The notes below the pieces were generated by a model. That model was not told the DNA's origin. It ran no database searches and saw nothing but the letters and a program-made list of their open reading frames with translations. This document shows positions 11,655 through 23,868 of a DNA stretch of 64,000 nucleotides, in pieces. The stretch comes from Eukaryota sp. GEM-RC1 (Eukaryota): assembly GCA_040285855.1 (NCBI GenBank), contig JAUFOQ010000006.1, positions 1,736,001 to 1,800,000 of the forward strand. The letters are read 5' to 3'. Positions within the stretch are counted from its first letter, which is position 1; each line of letters begins with the position of its first letter. The translations under genes and the position numbers were made by a program.

Positions 11655-12880
11655 TTAAATATATTCGGGAATTTCCTTTCTCTCTTCTAGAAACTGTGCT
11701 TCAAATTGTCTGTAATTTTGGATAGTTTTTAAAACAGCATGAAATATGCTTTTAACGAAAAAGTAAAAGGCAACCACAGCTGCACCGCAGATCAAAAAAT
11801 TTAAAAAACCAAGAATTAACGAAAAAAAACCAATTGCTCCATCAAACCTTTCAGTTGTTATCAATAAAAACCTGTCAGATTCAGGATTTAAAGTAAACCA
11901 TATAAAAGAAAACAAAAACACCAGTAAGGCAACTTACAAAGATAACACCAAATGAAACAAGGCAAATAGATCTATAATAACAGAATTTAACAGGGTGGGT
12001 TGGAAGTTTCTCCAAAGTAGTAGTTAAAGTAGGTGTTCCCAATAGAAGAAGACTTGTTAGAAGAGACAATCCAGTGATAATGACGTAAAAGATCAGCTGA
12101 ATGGAAGCGGAAAAGGCAAAGGAGATTAGAATTAAATGTAGAAGCGGAAGACTTAGCACAATTATCCACATTAATCTTCCAAAATCATTAAGACCAATTA
12201 AAAAGTAGAATATAGATTTAAAAGCAGATGTGTTGCCTTCAAAAACTCCTCTACAGAAGAGTTTTTGTTCTTGATTGAATGAAACATTAAAGAGAAGAAG
12301 GAAATAGCGGGAAGTATAAAGAAAAGATAGGAAGCTAAGGCAGAATAGAGTTGAATAGAAAAGAACATGCTGAGCATGATCCAGAAGTCTACAGAAGCAT
12401 CGCCCCATTTGATCTCCTCCGCAGGCCAACATGTGTTTGCGGTATTAGAGCAAGGAAAATTCCAATACTCAAAGGGAAAGCTTTTGAAGAAGTAGAAAAA
12501 GGAGAAGAGAAAAAGAGAGGACATATAGCTGAGTACCCAAACAAGATTATGGCTGAAAGGAATTAGGAATGCTATCACGGAAAGCCAAGCAACAATTCCT
12601 AAGAAAGTAGAGTTCTTGACGACAAACTCAAGTGGATGCCGGAATACTGACTTACAAAAGAAGAATGTATAAAAGAAGATGCAACCAAGGACGAAACCAC
12701 AGAAGCTCAGTAAGGGAAGTCCCATGATGATGGAATAGAAGCCAATGAAAGCTCCACCAATGCACGTGAGGATCAAAAAACTATGACTAACTCAGTGGAT
12801 CCGAAGCAATTACCACATAGGAACTTTAAGATGAGACCAAGTCGTTCACCGGGTTGTAGGTCTTTCTTTTTAGAGGACAT
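11655..12880 (-). CDS. Multi-pass membrane protein, paralog 1 (two compensating homopolymer indels)
   Basis: Starts MSSKKKDLQPG at 12880 and is near-identical to 14286-15512. Frame breaks at T-runs near 12241 and 11914 differ by one base from paralog 2. Confidence 0.7.
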
Positions 12881-14285
12881 TTTGAGAGAAAATCTTGATT
12901 CAATCATTCTTGATGAGTGACCAGTCATACCTTCATATGTCATTCAATTCCGATGACCTTGTGTATCCGTTTCCAATCATTTAGGTGATCTGTTATGATT
13001 CAGAATCCGACTCGTCATGGTGACAGATTGTCAAGCCGACTTGACGTGACTTCGAGCCACGTCATCGTCACATTACCTTTGCAGCAGAATCATGCTGGCT
13101 ATACATCAAAAAATAGCGACAACAAATCCAAGGGATTCAAACAAAGTACGTGTAGTGTGTGTTCAAAAGCTGTTTTAAAATTATCTATCGATAACTACAA
13201 GTAAAAACAAGTGAAATGCCAAAAAGTTACGTGATATGATCGTAAATAGGAGTATGTGCTTCCCAATCCGCTAATGGTTTTGAGGAATACACAGATTCTC
13301 CAATGCATAATTGGTCACTGATTTGATAAACTTCATATTTAGAAATTGATTGAAAAAACAGTGACACCGATCATTTTTGTACAAGAATGGCTCCTATTTA
13401 CTAAAAATAACTGTCGTGATTTCCAAAATCAGAGTATTAATAACCAGCTCTCCAAAGTCTGACTACAATGCACGTCAAGAGAAGTCATGGCTCGTCACGT
13501 CATCCACCTCTAATCTTAAATGCAGTTATACGTATTATCCACGGACTGGATTTTCATGTAGTGAAATGGGTGCTAACAAATTGTTAAGACCCTGTCTCAG
13601 GATTATCCTTTCAATTTTGTTACAGTATGACCCTTTCAAATTTGCCGTTGTCGACTAGAAATTCAACAAATAATAGTAATTGGTCGATGAGGTATCACTT
13701 TTAAACAAGGGGATAAAGTTGACCATGATTGACATTATAAAATGTATTTTTTTATGAGAATTATTTATTCTAAAAGTAATAGACAACAACACTACAGTGT
13801 ACATAAAATGTATTTGACATCTATTTTCTAAGACGAGTAATGTTTGTTAAAGAACAACTTTGTTTGGATTTCCAAGGCATTTCCTTCCATCCTTTCTATG
13901 TCGTAGACAAGTGATTCCCAAGTTGATATGGAGAATTCAATGTCTCTGATTTAGTTGAAAAAGGACCATGCTTGCCGTAAACAAATGTTTTTATATACAA
14001 ATTCCTACAAACAGTGAGAATCAACACCAATATATTTAAACTCAACACTACCCTTGGAGTTTCCAACGTTGTGATGAACAGATGAGACCAAGAAATGGTA
14101 TTACATGTATGAGGGTTTTTACTTATTTTACATGCTAGTGGTAGAATTCTTAAACTTTTCCAATCTTTACACATGCGATATTAAAAAGTAAACAAGTTAG
14201 TTTTTAAAAACAATTCTTCTCATTAGAAAAACCCATTACTCAGGAATATAATACAATTACATTTTTAAACATTGTCATTTCAAAG

Positions 14286-15512
14286 TCATGCATATTCTGG
14301 AATTTCTTTTCTCTCTTCTAGAAACTGTGCTTCAAACTGACGATAGTTCTGGATAGTTTTTAAAATAGCATGAAATATGCTTTTAATGAAAAAGAAAAAG
14401 GCAACAACAACTGACCCACAGATCAGAAAATTTAAAAACCCAAAAATTAAAAACAGAGAATCTGTATCTCCATCAAACCTTTCAGTTGTTATCAATAAAA
14501 ACCTGTCAGACTCAGGATAAAAAGTAAACCATATAAAAGAAAACAAAACACCAGCAAGACAACTTACAAAGACAACACCAGATGAAACAAGGCAAATAGA
14601 TCTATAATAACAGAATTTAACAGGGTGGGTTGGAAGTTTCTCCAAAGTAGCAGTCAAAGTAGGTGTTCCCAATAGAAGAAGACTTGTTAGAAGAGACAAA
14701 CCAGTGATAATGGCGTAAAAGATCAGTTGAATGGAAGGTGCAAAGGCAAATGAGATTAGAATTAAATGTAGAAGCGGAAGGCTTAGAACAATTATCCACA
14801 TTAATCTTCCAAAATCATCAAGACCAATTAAAAAGTAGAATATAGATTTAAAAGCAGATTTGTTGCCTTCAAAAAATTCCTCTACAGAAGAGTTTTTGTT
14901 CTTGATTGAATGAAACATTAAAGAGAAGAAGGAAATAACTGGAAGAATAAAGAAAAGATAGAAAGCCAAGGCAGAATAGAGTTGAATGGAAAAGAACATG
15001 GTGAGCATGATCCAGAAGTCTGCAGAAGCATCGCCCCATTTGATTTGTTCCATGGGCCAACATGTGTTTACCGTATCGGAGCAAGGAAAGTTCCAAAACT
15101 CAAAGGGAAAGATTTTGAAGAAGTAGAAAAATGAGAAGAGAAAAAGAGAGGACATATAGCTGAGTACCCAAACAAGATTATGGCTGAAAGGAATTAGGAA
15201 TGCTATCACTGAAAGCCAAGCAACAATTCCTGAGAATGTAGAGTTCTTGCCGACAAATTCAAGTGGATGCCTGAATACTGACTTACAAAAGAAGAATGTA
15301 TAAAAGAAGATGCAACCAAGGACGAAACCACAGAAGCTCAGTAAGGGAAGTCCCATGATGATGGAATAGAAGCCAATGAAAGCTCCACCAATGCACGTGA
15401 GGATCAGAAAAACTATGACTAACTCAGTGGATCCGAAGCAATTACCACATAGGAACTTTAAGATGAGACCTAGTCGTTCACCGGGTTATAGGTCTTTCTT
15501 TTTAGAGGACAT
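14286..15512 (-). pseudogene. Multi-pass membrane protein, paralog 2 (TAA at codon 9; rest intact)
   Basis: ATG TCC TCT AAA AAG AAA GAC CTA TAA here versus CTA CAA in paralog 1; the remaining frame is open to 14286. Confidence 0.65.
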
Positions 15513-16119
15513 TTCGAGAGAAAATCTTGATTCAATCATTTTGGTTGTTGAGTGCAACGTCATTACATTTCTTTACTACAAGTAATACTCAAAAACGATG
15601 GTATAGGTCATTCGTAAAGAATTCGATGACACAAATGAGCCAAATATCACCTTTTTGGGGGATTCTAGTCCCCTTCTTAAACTAAAGTCTCGCTATAATC
15701 TCAGATGACAACAGCTACTTTTATCTGATTGAAGTAAGCAATTGAATTTTCAATTGTTAGCCAAATGTCTTACAGATACACAGTCTTCATACTTCATCTA
15801 TGAACATCTTTTCCTTTCCCTTAGTACCTGAAGGTATCACATAACAATTCAGAAGACAAAAAGAAGTTTGAATCAGCGCATCTTCTCAGTTAAGCTTCAA
15901 TTCGGACCATGGAAACTCTCGCTTATTACTAACTCACATCAGCTTGTTGTGCTTTTGAAATCATAATAGGAATCGTTTTAAATATCATATATGCAACACA
16001 ATTCAATCAAAATATATGACCAAATTTCTTGTTCATTTCTTTGACAACACTCTCAATATTGAAGTTCATATATCAATCACTGTTGGTCGCTGCCAAGATA
16101 ATGGAATAAAAACAGGGTC

Positions 16120-16191
16120 GCCTCGGTAGTCTAGGGGTATGATTCTCGCTTAGGGTGCGAGAGGTCCTGGGTTCAAATCCCGGCCGAGGCC
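16120..16191 (+). tRNA. tRNA-Pro(AGG)
   Basis: Acceptor stem GCCTCGG/CCGAGGC, anticodon arm CTCGC-TTAGGGT-GCGAG, T-loop GGTTCAAATCC, followed by a TTTT Pol III terminator. Confidence 0.97.
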
Positions 16192-16296
16192 TTTTGTAGT
16201 CCAATGTATTCTTTTATACGCTAGGTAGATTTTCTCATGACGAGACCGCGTTGGTCACACTATTATTGTAACCATTTTTGGAAAATTGTTGTAAAC

Positions 16297-17189
16297 CATA
16301 GTTGTACTTCACAAATCACACTGTGATCTGTGATCACAAAGTGTAGAAGTGGTCGAATTATTGTGATCACAATTGTTCACACTAAACTTGGTTGTTATTT
16401 TGTATATTTGCCAGATGTTAGCAAAATAAATGCAAGTTAAAAAGCTAAGGGCTTTCGTAACTAGTAAATAAAATCTATGATTTAATAACAAATGCAAATA
16501 AACATGACAAGTCAATTGTTTGGGTTGTTTACAGACCCGAGGACATCATATTCTAATAGAGGTTTCAGTATGAAGGAAATAATAAGATGTTGTCATTTAA
16601 GTTTATTTTATCCTACCTCTATTGAAGCAAGAAGAAAGAAATCCGAATTTAGTGCAGTTTAATACATTCGTGGAACATGAATAAGTAGAGAAGGGTGACG
16701 AATCTTAACATGTTGACCTTAGTGAGATGGACGTTCGAAGTATAATAAATGACATTACAAGTGAAAACCGTGTGCATTTTGTGTTTGAATCAGACGAGGA
16801 TGATGCCAATGTGGAGGAAACAGTGAGTTGTCAAACAGGAATAATTAGTAAAAATAATTAGTCGACAATTGAAACAAAACGGGGTTTATCATCAATCTGT
16901 GAAATAAATGCATTTGCAGAAGTTTATAACAAACAATTCATGAACTAAAGTAGCTTCAAAAATACTGTTTTTCAAGTTCGTGATAAATCAGCAACTGTTT
17001 AACTGTCTGTTGTTGGGGCCTAAAGTGTCGGGAGATAAGTTACAACATGATGATTTTTGCTATCAGTTATGAAGAGTACACATTTCATATCACGTGTGAT
17101 TGTTGTGATCATTGTTATCACACTTTGTGATTGTGATTTGTGATCACAAATCACAAAACAATACAAAATTGATGTGAAGTACAACTATG
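16297..17189. mobile_element. Non-autonomous hAT-like element
   Basis: 17-bp perfect TIR CATAGTTGTACTTCACA; perfect TSD TTGTAAAC; TGTGATCACA subterminal repeats. Confidence 0.9.
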
Positions 17190-17523
17190 TTGTAAACGGG
17201 ATGAACAGAAAACCGACACAGTCCGGTTCTAAATCGGATTCTGATGTGTTGAAAGACGGTGTTGAACTATTTAATTGATTTTAATCAATTTTACCAACTA
17301 TTTATCTAAATAAGTACATGTACTGTATTTTTTTTTGTACTGTAGTATTATTTACAAAAATTCAATATTGATGAAACAAATCGACAAAAAAGCTGGACCA
17401 CTGTGCTAGTGCCTACTTTCAATAATTTTTTCGTTTAATTTAATTGAAGAGCCTACGCGGGATTTAAGCAAAAAAATATTGAGGCTATGGCCCAATTTTT
17501 GACAAAATCTTTCGTCCATCACA

Positions 17524-18669
17524 ATGTCATACCTTTATGATGAATCTGACTTTGAGGACGCTGTTCCAACACCTAGAACTGAATCTCCTGTTTCTCCCGA
17601 CATAGAAGAAGACATCCCAGAATCCCCATCTTTGGGTATCACTCTACCCCGTCGTTCACCCATTGGAGAAGAAATCCCTTCTTACGATGATAATCTACAA
17701 ATGAGAGATCCAATCCCTTCCCATCCCAACGTTTCTTCTCGTTCACATCCTTCACGACGTACAGCCAAGCCTGTCAAAGGATCTCGTCAGCCTAAGTCTG
17801 CTAGTGGAAGGTCTTCTAGCCGCAGTCTTGATTCCTCTTCTCTTTCTGGCCGTCTACGCATTGCTGAACAACAGGTGGATATGCTACGTAGAGAAAACAA
17901 GAACCTTCGTAAACGACTCGACACTCTAGCAACAGCTGATCGCATGACCATGCTGGAAGACAAACTAAAGGAGAAAATCAAGCTGATTGAGAAGCTAAAG
18001 TCTGACAACAAAGGCTTAGAGCATGTTAAACAGCTCCAGGAACAAGCTCTGACTACCCCAAATAACTTTGAATCTCAACTTAAAGGTTTTACTGAAGAAA
18101 TTAGAGTTTTAAAAGAACAGAATAAGTCACTAAAGCAACAAAACACTTCAAACTCTCAAACAGTACAACGCCAGGTGGCTGAGATTGGCGCCCTTCGTGA
18201 GAGACTTGCCTCATTTGCTAAGAAATCAAATCCAAAGTCGAATGTAGACACGTCAGTTCTTAATGGAGAATTGGAAACCTTCAAGAAGAAGTTCCAGGAG
18301 GCTCAATCAATGGTAGAAGCTCAGAGAAAGAGTAAGGAGTCTGTAATCAAACGGTATAAGACAGAAACATCTCAATTAAAGGGGCAAATATCGTCATTAG
18401 AAGGATCCGTTACGATTCTTGAAAACGAGATTGCTGAACAAAACAGAGAATTGGTAAAACTGAGGGAAATTCAACAGCGATACCTGCATTACAGAAAAGC
18501 AATAATTAAAAGAAGACGTAAGACAGAAGCTGTAGAATCCCCTGACGAGTCACCTTCCCTAATGGTTTCTGGAGGATTTTCCCCGCCACCTTCAGGAAAG
18601 GAAAGTGATTCAGAGAGTGATTATGCTTCTGATTTTGAAGATGCTGATAAGTGTGATGCTGGGGTTTAG
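17524..18669 (+). CDS. Coiled-coil protein (possibly lebercilin-like)
   Basis: 381-aa ORF with a low-complexity N-terminus, long heptad region and acidic C-terminus; family call is tentative. Confidence 0.75.
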   Translation: MSYLYDESDFEDAVPTPRTESPVSPDIEEDIPESPSLGITLPRRSPIGEEIPSYDDNLQMRDPIPSHPNVSSRSHPSRRTAKPVKGSRQPKSASGRSSSRSLDSSSLSGRLRIAEQQVDMLRRENKNLRKRLDTLATADRMTMLEDKLKEKIKLIEKLKSDNKGLEHVKQLQEQALTTPNNFESQLKGFTEEIRVLKEQNKSLKQQNTSNSQTVQRQVAEIGALRERLASFAKKSNPKSNVDTSVLNGELETFKKKFQEAQSMVEAQRKSKESVIKRYKTETSQLKGQISSLEGSVTILENEIAEQNRELVKLREIQQRYLHYRKAIIKRRRKTEAVESPDESPSLMVSGGFSPPPSGKESDSESDYASDFEDADKCDAGV

Positions 18670-18931
18670 TTATTGAATTATTACTGAATTTTCATTTAGA
18701 TTGCATTATGTCTGTTTGGTTTCGTGTTTAATATTTGTATTTTTATTCTCCGTCGGCAAATAAAATCGACTGTATTTTCTTTTATTCAATGCCGCATCAA
18801 CCATTTGATTCAATAAATTACTCATTCAAATTGTAACCATCCGAAAATACACTCCAGTGGATAGACCTTGTTATGTCAAGCTAAACAGACTTGACATTGG
18901 TCTTTTAGGTGTTAATTAAACACCTCAGGTG

Positions 18932-20910
18932 CTATTCTTCAGTATAAAGAGCATCTTCAAGGAAAACAACTTCGGAAACTAGTCGAGCTTCTAGTCGACG
19001 GAAATGTCCAACGATATCAACTAATTTCTTTTCTGCTACAGAATATCGATCATCGTCGCCACAATCGTCTACCACGTTTCTGGCAAGTAAATACAATCGA
19101 TCAAATGTCTCTGATCCTAATTCTTTTTCTGCCCGTTGACGAATACCAGATAACTTCGCCAGTAGACCATTCTGAGCTTCGAAAACATGAAACGAGTCTG
19201 TTTTCGGTGTCTCTCCGTCATTTTCCTCCTCCGCAGCACTAGCTTCTTCTTCACTCAGATTAAGAGCATTTTCTAAGTGTGAGAGAGAAGCTGAAGCATC
19301 ATCACTATCAGAGAATGACTCTACAACTACAGAGTCCTCGATTTCCAGACTGTGAATGACGTTGATTGACTGTCTTAGTAGTGATTGAGCTTCTCTTTCC
19401 AAGTCTGACTCATCAGGGTCAGAAACTATTGGAGCTTCATTTTCCAACCTTCTCAATTCATCTTCTTCCATGGCTCTGTTACGTTGTCTTTTCTCTTGCT
19501 CCTTTCTTCTTTCCTCATCACGAATCTTCTCTAAATCTTGAACCATGGGTCTGGGCGACACTTGACCATCACGTGCTTGATCACGTCCTGGCTGATTGTT
19601 CCATTTAGATCTCTTCTCTGCCCACTGCTCATGCATTCGTCTAAACTTTTGATACAAATGATTCTCCTTGTCCTTATTGTCGTTCAGTACTTCCTCCAGT
19701 GGAACATGATCTCTCTCGATCTTCTCAATAGGAAGTGGTGATCGTCTTGCAGGTTTGGAGGGTTCAACGTTAGTGATTGGGACTTTGACTTGCCTGAATT
19801 GACCAGGGATGGCTCCCGCAGCGTACATTATTTTATATCGTTGTCCAGACGGTTCTTCCTTTTCAGCAACTCTTTCAGGTCTATTCCGTCGGTTATTCGC
19901 TAGATCCTGAAGGTAATTCTGCGCTTGGTCTCGCTGTCTTTTAGCCACTTCAAGATGTTGGTCTCGTTGAGCTCGCCGTTCCTTGTGATCAGCCACTGAT
20001 CTTGGACTTAGCGGTTGGCCAGCAATCTGTAAGGGAATAGCTTTGGATTGATTAGTTGAAAGCTGATTGGTTGAACTAATCTGGTGTTCTATTCTCTTAC
20101 GTATAAAAGGAAGTCTCAGTATCTGATTAGCAGTGGGTCTAATCCTAGGATCCTTTGATAACATATTTCTTATTAGAGACACCAATTCAAGGGAGTATTG
20201 GCTAGGAACTGGTGGATACCGACCACGGATGATTTTGAAAATCAGACCATTCATGTTGTTGGCATCAAAGGCGTGTTTTAAAGTAGTCAGTTCGTAGAGG
20301 ACCTTTGATAAGTAGAAAGAAGGAAACATACACATCCGAGTGACCAAATATCAGATTTGTTGTTGTAAGCTTTGTTGTCAAGAATCTCGGGAGACATGTA
20401 CAAAGGAGAACCGACAATACTTCTTGCAACATCAAGTGTTCCAGCCAAGACTTTAGCTATACCGAAATCCCCAAGCTTAACAGTATTTCTACTGGTAATA
20501 AAGACGTTTTGTGTTTTAATGTCCCTGTGTAAGACTTTTTTTGAATGACAGTGCTGGAGAGCAATGGTGATTTGGATAAACCAGTCAAGGACAAGATCTT
20601 CAGGTAGATATTGACCTCGTCGAGATTTGATATAATGGTAGAGATCTCCCTTTTCACAGAAGGCCATGACTATACATAAAGTGTTGTTTGCTTCATCAAC
20701 AAAGGAATCAATGAACTGAACAATATGAGGATGTTGAAGAGTTTTCAGAAGTTGAGCTTCTCTAAGAGTAGAATCACGTTCCTTTTGGGATGGGAGAGCA
20801 CCCAGTTTAATTTGTTTAAGGATACAAGATTTGCCAGCAGAGTCTTTGACAAGAAGACAGGTCCCAAAGCTCCCAGATCCTATTTTCTTGACAACAGTAT
20901 AGTTTTCCAT
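18932..20910 (-). CDS. NIMA-related (NEK1-like) Ser/Thr kinase, 2 exons (intron 20303-20331)
   Basis: Starts MENYTVVKKIGSGSFG; HRDIKTQN, DFG, YMSPE. Removing the 29-nt GTATGT...AAAG intron gives SDIWSLGC|VLYELTTLK. Confidence 0.93.
20303..20331 (-). other. 29-nt spliceosomal intron
   Basis: GTATGTTTCCTTCTTTCTACTTATCAAAG; removal restores kinase subdomain IX exactly. Confidence 0.9.
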
Positions 20911-20943
20911 CGATGAGGAATTGATGGGTTGAAAAAATACACT

Positions 20944-20953
20944 TTTGCCTGCA
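20944..20953 (+). promoter_or_regulatory. TTTGCCTGCA motif upstream of ZIP4/TEX11
   Basis: Lies 6 nt before ATG 20960; the same 10-mer occurs at 26325 and 28449. Confidence 0.55.
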
Positions 20954-20959
20954 CAGCCA

Positions 20960-23575
20960 ATGTCTCTTTCAACACTGATCACATCAATTCTTGAAATCAA
21001 TGAGTTCAGTAAACTCACTGAGACATATGCACGTCAAGTATCTGACCAAATCAAGTCTCATTCTGTGACATTCGCCGACCGGTCTGACGGAATCAGATTA
21101 TGGAACTTCTGTGTTCAACTCCCGGAAAGTGTGAAAAAAAGTATGGTCGCATGCTTGCTACGAGACTGTTCGTTCTTTTGATCGAAAAATCTGCAAAACC
21201 CACAGACGATCCTCTAGAGCTCGGAAGGTTTGCCTGCAAGACCGGAAAGCTCTGGTCTGACATCCACCAAGTTGACAACTCCAACTACTACTACGATCTA
21301 ACCCTCTCTCTATGTAACAAATCCAAATCCTCCAAACTGGAAATTCAAAAGACCATCTTTGCTGCTAGATGTTGGCGAGCTGAACTCTGCTGGCATTTGA
21401 AACACTTCGATGAACTATCAACTTTGCTTCAAGAATCCAACAGTGACTTAACAACAATTACTAACGAGGAGTTTTCCTTTGATGTTTCTTCAGAAAGATT
21501 GTTCTTAACTTCAATGGCGTATAATTTCGGAACTCAATTGTATAACTCTGAAAATTATGACCAATGTATCCAAATTTTAAAATCTTCTGGTGCTGATGAA
21601 GACAATTTGGAAACTAGTAGACTTTCGAAGGTACTGAGATTGAAAGCGTGTTGTTTTCTGAACAAGCAGCACTTGAATGACGCACTTCATTTCATTGAAG
21701 CTTCCTTGTCACTTGAAAAGACCGTTGAAAACCTCTTAGTGAGCTCAAAGGTTTTGTACGGACTCAAGCGAAACCCTGCTGCTCAGGAATGTATACTGAA
21801 TTTGTTAGATATGATGCTGAATAATCTATCACAAGATTTAAGTCCAATTCTGGCTGCAGTGGAAACAGCTTCATCTCATCAAGATTATCCAACTGCTGAA
21901 AAAGTACTTAAAGTAATTCTTGATCGTGACAAAAGTCATTCAAAAGCAAGAGCGTCTCTTCTTTCGATTTACATTCAAAAAGAAGATCAAAACGCATCGC
22001 TCCAGTTTTTAGATCAACTAATTGCTCAAAAGGAGGTCATCTCCCCAAAGGATCCCATTCATGCGCTCATTTGGAAGGAATCATCTTCTTCTCTTCAGAA
22101 AGGACAATCTGTACTGGCTGTCGAATGGCTAAAGAGAGCAATCTCTATTGTACCAGAGACTGATGTTGAAGGACAGTGCATGCTTAGACGTACCCTCTCC
22201 AGGGCATTATTGGATCAAGGGGAGGTGGAGGAAGCTCTGGTCCATGTTGACTATGCTGATAGGTTGATGCCAGACAAACCAGAAACACTGTTCATTAAAA
22301 TTTTGATACATTATTCAAATTCAAACACCGAGGAAGCCATATGTACCATCAATGCCTTAAAAACACTCGCTCTATCTCCTGATACTGGTTCTAATGCAGA
22401 AGTATTACTAGCTGCCGCTGCACAGGAAGTTTGGAGATTCAGAAATAGCCGTCATAAGCATGGTGGAAACGAAATCTCTTATGCTGCATTGTGTGGCTTT
22501 TTTAGACGTGATTTTACAAAACAATTCCAGTAAGAACTTTGACTCAATTGATGTTTGTGCTATTTATCGACATTTGTTTTCAACAGTCAATGTTCCAGAC
22601 GACATTGCTCTAATAGAAGACTTGATGCTCCGCTTTCGAAGGGAAATTGAAATGACCAACTCACGATTGTGGCAACCGTCTTTAACATCAGAATCATTGG
22701 ACACTATGGCAGACAAAGCTTGGTTTCTAGGTCGAATTTGGAACATTGGTTCAAAAATTTCACAACAAAAACATGAACAATCTCTAGATCTTGCTTCATC
22801 TATATTTCAACTATGTGATCAACTAGTTGATATCATACAGAAAACTCCTCCATCAAACGACAAACAATTGAGAGAAGATCTTAAAGCAGTTTTGGAAACT
22901 GTTACAAAGGAATCGTCACTGCTAGCTGCTGCTGAAATGCTTGTAGAACGTGTTAGAAACGGGATTGGAGTCTATGGAACAATTGACAAATCTTATTATC
23001 CTGCTCACAGTGCAAGTGACTCAGTACAACGACTAAATTCTGCACAAGAACTTCTTCACAAAATTAAAGAACCGTCAAAAGAAAAATCGACACAAGTAAT
23101 GCTTCTTCTTACTGAAATACAATTGCTCAAAAAAGACAAAAACGTAGAAGAAACCATTAACAAAATGTTGAGAGAAAGTACCTCTTCAAGTCTGCAATTA
23201 GTATCGCTACTAAGTAATAATCATTTAAAGCATGAGAATGGCAACATGTTGCAGCTTTTACTTTCCTTCTGTTTAGACAATCTTGATCAATTAGACGTAT
23301 CACCTGTTCTACTACTCAAGACTCTAATTGACCTGGCAACTACCAGAGATCAAGCGTTTAAATATTATGAAAGTGCTGATGACTATCTAACAGAAATGAC
23401 AAATGATGAGCGAAGTTGGTTCAATGCTACTGCGTGGAATAATGGAGTCTTCTACATTCGATTAGGAAAGATGGATCTTGCTGAAAAGTGGGTGAAGATT
23501 TCTCTTAAGTTTAAGAGTTCTGACAGCATGAAGCAAGCTTATGAAGAAATCTTACGTTTGATGGCTGTGCGTTAA
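20960..23575 (+). CDS. ZIP4: Meiotic TPR protein ZIP4/SPO22/TEX11 (two homopolymer frameshifts)
   Basis: N-terminal GIRLWNFCV...LLRDCSF, TPR-like helices, C-terminal WFNATAWNNG...AEKWVKISL. Frames join at the T-runs 21176-21179 and 22498-22503. Confidence 0.8.
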
Positions 23576-23868
23576 TTATTTGAATTAATTTTAAACAGTT
23601 ATCTGTACTTTTGCTTTTTGTAATATTCTCTTTAATATGGATTTCATTCAATAAAATTAAATATCTGTATAACTTCCAAAGTGGAAGCAATAAAGGCCAA
23701 ATCTAAAAAAACAAGGCTAAATCAAACTAAAGAGATCACTAAGAGACAGACAAATCTAAAGAAGAAACTACTAAATCTAAACACACTAATCAGCATCATG
23801 TGATACTTTCCTTCCTTTTTTCTGCCTCATAACTCCTCTTTTAGCTGCACGTGCAGACTTAACAACCT

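Noticed and set aside
21141..21164. Possible GTATGG...GAG intron fixing the first ZIP4 frameshift
   Set aside because: It is 24 nt (3n), so it does not change frame, and it would delete conserved-looking residues.
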